Source: Acidobacteriota bacterium
GTDB taxonomy: Bacteria > Acidobacteriota > UBA6911 > RPQK01 > JAJDTT01
Length of the DNA: 64,000 bases
Assembly (NCBI GenBank): GCA_965217775.1
Contig: CBDCJH010000002.1
Coordinates: 3,680,001 to 3,744,000 of the forward strand
Direction of reading: 5' to 3'
A program made the position numbers and the translations under genes. Shown in pieces: positions 57,830 to 64,000 of this stretch. Every line of letters begins with the position of its first letter. Positions within the stretch are counted from its first letter, which is position 1. Under the pieces are notes generated by a model that saw only the letters and a program-made list of their open reading frames with translations, was not told the DNA's origin and did not search any database.

Positions 57830-59851
57830 ATGGTGACAAGATTCTTTTCTTCGACCCCTTACCGGTGTTTTTTCGCGGCTGGGCTCCTCCCGCAAACCTG
57901 CTTGTTTCTGCTGCTATCCACAGGCTGCGGCACGGGGCCGCGGACCACACTCTCCGTCGAAGTGAGTCCGGATCGCTGGCGGGTAGACGACGAAGGTCAA
58001 CTGCTTTTTCGCATCCGGGTCGAAGCGGGAGAGCTGTCGTCCGGCTCCCGTATCAGCCTGGCCCTGCCGGGGAGTTGGACCTGGCACACGATTCGCCCCA
58101 CCCGAAGAGAGGACGGCAAGCTCGGGCCGACCCTGCGTGTTCCAACCCAGGATTTGTTGGAATACTTCACTCTGCTTCCGCCTGAGAGAGCGGACCGGTG
58201 GCGACTGGAAATACTTGAGGAGCACCACGACGGGACCTATCACCGGTTCGACCGCCGGCTGGTGCTCACCTGCGTGTCGGACGAAGTGCCGGCCGGCCAG
58301 GAGATCGCCCTCCGGTACGGTGCCGACGCCCGGCCGATTCGGACCTCGCGTTTGGCCGAGACCGTCCGGATCCCGGCCCAATTCGACCTCGGCGACGGCC
58401 AATGGCGCGACGTCGAGAATCCCCCTCAGTTGACGTCGGTCGCCGACTCCTTCCACACCATCCTGGTCACCGCGGACTCCGTCGCTACCATGGGGCAACC
58501 GGTGGAAGTCCATGTCACGGCCCGGGACCGGCTGGGCAATTCGGCCGAGTTGCCGAGTGGCCTTGAACTCCGTTCGTCCGACGGCGGGGTCGAGACCGTC
58601 GGCCTCACCGTAGCGGGCGCCGTCCGGACGGGCACGGTTCGCTTCGCGACCCCGGGATTCCAGACCCTGGAGGTGGGAAACGACAGCGTCGGGTTCCATC
58701 GGTCCAACCCGATTCGGGTGACCGAAGAAGAACCACGCCTCAAGCTCTACTGGGGCGACCTGCATTCCCACTCCACCATGAGCAAGGATGCCTTGGGAGT
58801 CGATCCCTTCACCTTCGCCCGGGATCACGCCAACCTCGACTTCTTCGCCTCCTCGGAGCACTCCACGGGGGATCGGCGGGACGAGGGAATCACCGACTCG
58901 GAATGGCAGGCGATCCAGTCGAGCGTCAAGTCCTTCCACGATCCGGGGCGTTTCGTGACGCTGCTGGGTTACGAGTGTTCCCTTCCCGCTCCCTTCGGTC
59001 ATCACAACGTCTATTTCGCGGATGACTCGGCACCCCTATATCGCAAGCTGGAGGTGAAGACCCTGGAGGAGCTGTGGCGCCGCCTCTCCTCGCACCGGGC
59101 GTTTACGGTTCCGCACCATACGGGCGTCCACTGGGCAGCCGCCGTTTGGGACAAGAAACACCCTCTGCGACCGCTTTTCGAGGTCTTCTCCGTTCACGGA
59201 CAGAGCGAACTCTACGACCCGGACAATCCACTGAGCTACGATCAATTGATCGGCATGGCGCCGTACGGGACCTACCCCATCGGAAGCGAGCTGGTTCCCG
59301 AGGAGCATCGGGGCATGGTCCCCATTTCCAACAGCGCCAAAGGCCCCCACTATGCCCGGGATGCCTGGGCGGCCGGTCTTGAGCTGGGGACGATCGCGGC
59401 CTCCGACGACCACACCGCCCGGCCGGGACTGCCCTACTGGGGACTCGCGGCCGTCTGGGCGGAACGGCTGGACCGCGAATCCATCTTCCAGGCGCTCTCG
59501 AACCGGCAGACCTACGCCACGACCGGACAGCGGATCTACCTGGATTTTCGAGTCAATGGAGGGATGCCCGGGACCAGGGTCAACGCCGGCGGGCCTCCCC
59601 GGATTGAACTCGAGGTCCAGGGGACGGACGCCATCGCATGGGTCGAGCTGGTCGCCTTCGGCCGCGGGCAACGAGGCTATTCCGTCGTGAAGCGATGGAC
59701 TCCGGGCGGCCCCTACCTGCAGGAATCCTTCACCGACACGGGATACTCGGACCGGTCGTTCTACTACGTCCGCCTACGCCAGCGCGGCTTGGTCGAACAC
59801 CGGGCCGTGATGGCCTGGTCCAGTCCCATCTGGATCGAGAGCGGTCCCTGA
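57830..59851 (+). CDS. DUF3604 / PHP-like metallohydrolase domain lipoprotein
   Basis: STGC lipobox, LYWGDLHSHS, GYE...GHHNV, PHH, ASDDH, YATTG.RI, AWSSPIW. Confidence 0.8.
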   Translation: MVTRFFSSTPYRCFFAAGLLPQTCLFLLLSTGCGTGPRTTLSVEVSPDRWRVDDEGQLLFRIRVEAGELSSGSRISLALPGSWTWHTIRPTRREDGKLGPTLRVPTQDLLEYFTLLPPERADRWRLEILEEHHDGTYHRFDRRLVLTCVSDEVPAGQEIALRYGADARPIRTSRLAETVRIPAQFDLGDGQWRDVENPPQLTSVADSFHTILVTADSVATMGQPVEVHVTARDRLGNSAELPSGLELRSSDGGVETVGLTVAGAVRTGTVRFATPGFQTLEVGNDSVGFHRSNPIRVTEEEPRLKLYWGDLHSHSTMSKDALGVDPFTFARDHANLDFFASSEHSTGDRRDEGITDSEWQAIQSSVKSFHDPGRFVTLLGYECSLPAPFGHHNVYFADDSAPLYRKLEVKTLEELWRRLSSHRAFTVPHHTGVHWAAAVWDKKHPLRPLFEVFSVHGQSELYDPDNPLSYDQLIGMAPYGTYPIGSELVPEEHRGMVPISNSAKGPHYARDAWAAGLELGTIAASDDHTARPGLPYWGLAAVWAERLDRESIFQALSNRQTYATTGQRIYLDFRVNGGMPGTRVNAGGPPRIELEVQGTDAIAWVELVAFGRGQRGYSVVKRWTPGGPYLQESFTDTGYSDRSFYYVRLRQRGLVEHRAVMAWSSPIWIESGP

Positions 59852-59870
59852 CCCGGAGCAGGAAATCGAA

Positions 59871-61598
59871 TTGGCAGATCGATTCGATCCCATACTCTTC
59901 GAGGTGATCCGCAACGCACTGGTCGAGGCGACGGAGGAGATGTCGGTCTCGCTGCAGCGCACCTCCTACTCCACCAACATCAAGACGCGCCTGGACTACT
60001 CGTGCGCCTACGTGGACGCCCAGGGAAGGATGGTGGCGCAGGCGTTCTGCCAACCCGCCCATCTGGTGACCATCGGGCGGCTGGTCCCCCGGGCGGTCGC
60101 CGAGCACGGGGCGGAGAATCTGGAGCCGGGCGACGTCCTTCTGGTCAACGATCCCCACCGGCAAGCCAGCCACCTCAACGACGTCTTCCTCATCTCTCCC
60201 TTCTTCTACCGGGAGGAACTGGCCGGCTACGTCTGCAACACCTGCCATCACGTGGACGTGGGCGGAGGCGCCCCGGCCAGCATCGGCGCCTTCCGCGAGA
60301 TCTACCAGGAGGGCTTCATTCTGCCGGTGGTGAAGCTGGTCTCCCGCGGGGAGATCGACAGCGAGGTCTTGAAGCTGTTCCTGGCCAACGTGCGGGCGAA
60401 AAAAGAAGTGGCCGGTGATCTCCGGGCCCAGATCGCCGCCAACAACATGGGCATGCGCCGACTGTCGACCCTCTTCGATCGCTACGGACGCGAAACCCTG
60501 AACTTCTACATCGACAAATTGCTGGAGTACACGGAGGAACGCGCCCGGTCCGAACTGGAGAAACTGCCCCGCGGGACTTTCGAAGCGGAGGGCTGGCTGG
60601 ACGACGACGGGATCAGCGACCGCCCGGTGCATCTGAAGGCCAGAGTGACGCTGGACGGCCGCAGCGCCCGGTTCGACTTCACCGGATCGGATCGGCAGCG
60701 GGCGGCGCCCATGAACAGCAACCTGACGCAGACCTACACGGCCTGCGTCTATGTTCTGAAATGCCTGCTGGACCCGGACATCCCGGTCAACGAGGGCTTG
60801 TACCAATTGATCGAGGTGATTGCTCCGAAGGGCTCGGCCGTGAACGCCCGCCGGCCGGGCGCCATCGTCGGAGGCTGGGAAGTCTCGGTGCGGCTCTGCG
60901 AGGTGTTGTTCAAGGCTCTGGCTCCGGCTCTGCCCGACTCGGTTCCCGCCGGAACCAAGGGCATGATCTGCCAGGTCGGATTCGGGGGGAGAGATCCTGG
61001 CACCGGGGAGTACTATTCCTATTACGAGACTGCGGGTGGAGGCTACGGGGGCAGGAGCCGGACCGATGGGCCCGACGCGGTTCAGACCCACTTCCAGAAC
61101 ACGCAGAACGCGCCCATCGAGGAGATCGAGAGCAACTATCCGGTGCGGATCACGCGCTACGGCTTGATCCCCGATTCGGAGGGTCCCGGCCGGTTCCGGG
61201 GCGGACTGGGCCTCTGCCGGGAGTACGTTTTCGTGGGTCACGAGCCCTCCTACACCGTCCTTGCGGACCGGGTCCGATTTCCGGCGTGGGGGCTCTTCGG
61301 AGGCCGTTCCGGGAAAACGGCTCGCTACGTTTTGATCAGCGAAAACGGCGAAACGGACCTCCCGTCCAAGGCGACGGTGCAGCTCGAGGCGGGACAATCG
61401 GTTCGACTGGAGTCCTGCGGCGGCGGGGGATACGGATCTCCCTATGAACGGGACCCCGAACAGGTCCTGGCGGACGTGAGGCAGGAAAAGATCAGTCCCT
61501 TACGTGCGAGGGACGAGTACGGCGTCGTTATCGCGGGTAATGCAATCGATGGGGTGGAGACCGAACGTCTACGGACCCGGATGAAGGAACGGGCGTAA
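59871..61598 (+). CDS. Hydantoinase B / oxoprolinase subunit (paralog of 40703-42463)
   Basis: Colinear, near-identical motifs (DPILFEVIRNAL, HHVDVGGGAPASIG, GGGGYG); TTG start. Confidence 0.92.
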   Translation: MADRFDPILFEVIRNALVEATEEMSVSLQRTSYSTNIKTRLDYSCAYVDAQGRMVAQAFCQPAHLVTIGRLVPRAVAEHGAENLEPGDVLLVNDPHRQASHLNDVFLISPFFYREELAGYVCNTCHHVDVGGGAPASIGAFREIYQEGFILPVVKLVSRGEIDSEVLKLFLANVRAKKEVAGDLRAQIAANNMGMRRLSTLFDRYGRETLNFYIDKLLEYTEERARSELEKLPRGTFEAEGWLDDDGISDRPVHLKARVTLDGRSARFDFTGSDRQRAAPMNSNLTQTYTACVYVLKCLLDPDIPVNEGLYQLIEVIAPKGSAVNARRPGAIVGGWEVSVRLCEVLFKALAPALPDSVPAGTKGMICQVGFGGRDPGTGEYYSYYETAGGGYGGRSRTDGPDAVQTHFQNTQNAPIEEIESNYPVRITRYGLIPDSEGPGRFRGGLGLCREYVFVGHEPSYTVLADRVRFPAWGLFGGRSGKTARYVLISENGETDLPSKATVQLEAGQSVRLESCGGGGYGSPYERDPEQVLADVRQEKISPLRARDEYGVVIAGNAIDGVETERLRTRMKERA

Positions 61599-61638
61599 TG
61601 GGTCGGCAAGGCGTTTCGTCCCGAGAGGAGACCTGAAC

Positions 61639-63546
61639 ATGAAAGAGTCGGCAATGGTGATCTCGATGATTGCGTTCTGTTTCGTCGGTTCGGTAATTCC
61701 GCAGGGGGCCGAAACCAGAAAAACCTGGGACGTGTCCGTGTTGAAAAACGTCATGATTCCCATGCGGGACGGGGTCAAGCTGGCCACGGACATCTACCTT
61801 CCCTCCGAGAACGGGCAGCCCTCCGATCGGAAGTTCCCGGTGGTCATGCAGCGGACCCCCTACGACAAAGAGGGCAAGTTCTTCAAGGAGGCCTCCGAGT
61901 TCTTTGTCAAGAACGGCTACGTCGCTGTGATCCAGGACTGCCGCGGCCGATTCCAGTCCGAGGGGGTGTTCTTTCCCTTCATCGACGACCCCGAGGACGG
62001 CTACGACACGGTGGAGTGGATGGCGAAGCACCCGTCCAGCAACGGGAAGGTCGGCACCTATGGAGTCTCGTACATGGCCTGGGTCCAGTTCCACCTGGCC
62101 GCTCTGAACCCACCCAGCCTGGTGACCATGATCCCCATGGAAGGCCCCATCAACGCCTATCACTACAGCATGCGCTCGGGCGGCGCCCTGCACCTGGGGC
62201 TTCTGCAGTGGATCGTCGCGGTGGCCGCCAGCAGCCAGGAAGCGAAGGACAAACCCTTCATCGCCGAACCCATCATGACCATGAGGACCGGGCAGAACTT
62301 CCTGGATTGGGCCTCCCGCATCCCCTGGCGGCGCGGCCAAACCCCCCTCGGCCTGACTCCGCAGTACGAGGACGCGGCTTTCAAGCTCTATTTCGACAAC
62401 AACGAATACACCGAATTCTGGCGCCAGCCCGGCCTGGGAATGGATGAGTACTTCGAGGACTACCCCAAGATGCCCATCCTGTGGGTGGTCGGCTGGTACG
62501 ACTGGTACCCCCGAACCATCAGCGACGGCTACCAGAAGATGGTCAAGCTGGGACGCGAGAACCAGTACCTGCTGATCGGGCCCTGGACGCACAACAACTT
62601 CGACCCCTCCCAGGGAGACCTCAATTTCGGCAACCAGGGGGACGGGATCGACACCTACGACAAGTTCCGCCAGTTGGAGCTGAAGTGGTTCGACCGCTGG
62701 ATGAAGGACGACGAGAGTGTCGATCTGGGGGAGCCGATCAAACTGTTCGTCATGGGCGGCGGGGACGGACGGAAGGCTCCGGACGGCCGCTTGAATCACG
62801 GCGGCGAATGGCACTACACGGATCGCTGGCCCCCGGAGGGGGTCCGGTCCACCAAGTTCTTTCTGCACCCGGACGGCAGCCTGTCAGACGAGAAGCCGGC
62901 CGCGTCCGGCTCATCCACCACCTACACCTACGATCCGAACGATACGGTATCGAGCAACGGCCGGTGCATCATCTCCTACGGTCCGGCTCTCAAGCTGGGC
63001 TTTCGGGGCATGGGACCCCGCGACCAGATCGAACTGGAGAGCCTGCCCGGACACGGCATACCGGGCTTGCCCATCTCCTCGCGCCCGGACGTTCTCGTTT
63101 ACCAGACCGACCCCTTGACCGAGGACGTGCGGATCTCGGGCAACGTGAAGGCAGTTCTCTGGGTCTCTTCGGATGCTCCCGACACCGACTTCTACGTCAA
63201 GTTGGTCGACCTGTACCCGGCCAGTGCCGACTACCCGGCCGGCTACGGCGTGCCCGTCTCGGAGGGAATCCTGCGGGCGCGATACCGGGAGAGTTTCGAG
63301 AAACCGGTCCTGATGGAGGAGGGGAAGAAATACCGGCTCGAGTTTCCGCTGCAACCGGCGGCCAACGTCTTCAAGGCGAACCACCGGATTCAGATCCAGA
63401 TCGCCAGCAGCAACTTCCCCAATTTCGACATCAATCGGAATACGGGGGATCCGCACGACCGGGGGTGGCGCATCGCCAACAATACGGTCTTCCACCAGTC
63501 GGAGAACGCGTCCTTCATCGAACTGCCGCTCTACCCGGTGAAGTGA
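61639..63546 (+). CDS. CocE/NonD family hydrolase (secreted)
   Basis: PMRDGVKL, RTPY, GVSYMA, GPWTH, SSNFPNFD. Confidence 0.9.
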   Translation: MKESAMVISMIAFCFVGSVIPQGAETRKTWDVSVLKNVMIPMRDGVKLATDIYLPSENGQPSDRKFPVVMQRTPYDKEGKFFKEASEFFVKNGYVAVIQDCRGRFQSEGVFFPFIDDPEDGYDTVEWMAKHPSSNGKVGTYGVSYMAWVQFHLAALNPPSLVTMIPMEGPINAYHYSMRSGGALHLGLLQWIVAVAASSQEAKDKPFIAEPIMTMRTGQNFLDWASRIPWRRGQTPLGLTPQYEDAAFKLYFDNNEYTEFWRQPGLGMDEYFEDYPKMPILWVVGWYDWYPRTISDGYQKMVKLGRENQYLLIGPWTHNNFDPSQGDLNFGNQGDGIDTYDKFRQLELKWFDRWMKDDESVDLGEPIKLFVMGGGDGRKAPDGRLNHGGEWHYTDRWPPEGVRSTKFFLHPDGSLSDEKPAASGSSTTYTYDPNDTVSSNGRCIISYGPALKLGFRGMGPRDQIELESLPGHGIPGLPISSRPDVLVYQTDPLTEDVRISGNVKAVLWVSSDAPDTDFYVKLVDLYPASADYPAGYGVPVSEGILRARYRESFEKPVLMEEGKKYRLEFPLQPAANVFKANHRIQIQIASSNFPNFDINRNTGDPHDRGWRIANNTVFHQSENASFIELPLYPVK

Positions 63547-63796
63547 GGAGGGGCGATATCCTTATCGCCCATGGAGGGGCGATTTCCAGTCGCCCATGGA
63601 GGGGCGATATCCTTATCGCCCATGGAGGGGCGATTTCCAGTCGCCCCGTGGAGGGACGATATCCTTATCGCCCATGGAGGGGCGATTTCCAGTCGCCCCG
63701 TGGAGGGACGACTTCCCATCGCCCATTCTCGACTGTAGAGCGAGGACTACCGTCCCCCCTCCCCCCCCTTTCGGCGGCAAGGATGCCGCCGCTCCT
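63547..63796 (-). repeat. REPIN-like composite element, copy 3 (inverted), with a 7-unit tandem REP array
   Basis: Seven abutting 25-26-bp GGAGGG(G/A)CGA...TCGCCC units (63547-63726), then reverse-complement match to the left part of 28301-28496. Confidence 0.85.
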
Positions 63797-63799
63797 CCA

Positions 63800-64000
63800 T
63801 CAATCTTCATCCAGAATCAGTCTTCGGCGGTCTTTCTCACTGACCCCGGTGCGGACCTTGCGCGCAATCACCCAGAAGAACAGGCCCAGCAGCAGCCCCC
63901 CGATGAAGAGGGTCCACTCCAGAGGAAAACCGTCGGAACGCGTATAAGGCTCATACACCGTGATGGCGAGAAAGAACAGCGAGCCGACAATTCCCAGGCC
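63800..64000 (-). CDS. C-terminus of a membrane transporter (APC amino-acid permease-like), partial
   Basis: GLGIVGSLFFLAITVYEPY...PLEWTLFIGGLLLGLFFW...RRRLILDED*, open to the window edge. Confidence 0.6.
   Translation of the reverse strand, partial: GLGIVGSLFFLAITVYEPYTRSDGFPLEWTLFIGGLLLGLFFWVIARKVRTGVSEKDRRRLILDED

Noticed and set aside
63547-63726. Possible CRISPR array
   Set aside because: Units abut with no unique spacers, no cas genes are present, and units match the dispersed REP family.

Overview
GC-rich bacterial window, most likely Acidobacteriota (inferred from the acidobacterial-type VWA protein, the PVC-type heme protein and DUF1501). It holds a housekeeping block (EF-G-like, lgt, RluA family, VWA, GT2), a large catabolic region (hydantoinase/oxoprolinase A and two B subunits, four CocE/NonD hydrolases, GH109-like, aminotransferase, DUF3604) and several accessory loci. 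Most notable: (1) an intact-looking TnpB that is the only gene inside a 1,255-bp element with 24-bp terminal inverted repeats and a perfect 8-bp target duplication (AAACAATA), i.e. DDE/IS1595-like ends rather than IS200/IS605 ends; (2) a diversity-generating retroelement (DGR) relic with two FGE-sulfatase target genes carrying adenine-mutagenesis-style variable regions, a downstream hairpin and a truncated avd, but no template repeat or reverse transcriptase in the window; (3) a 331-bp duplicated 3' end of a pseudokinase-NTPase-sigma54 activator gene, each copy followed by different lower-GC cargo; (4) an uncharacterised operon of three helical proteins followed by a holin-like ORF; (5) a dispersed REP/REPIN-like repeat family and a CTAG-targeting MITE. 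All family calls come from motif recognition by eye; no database search was run.
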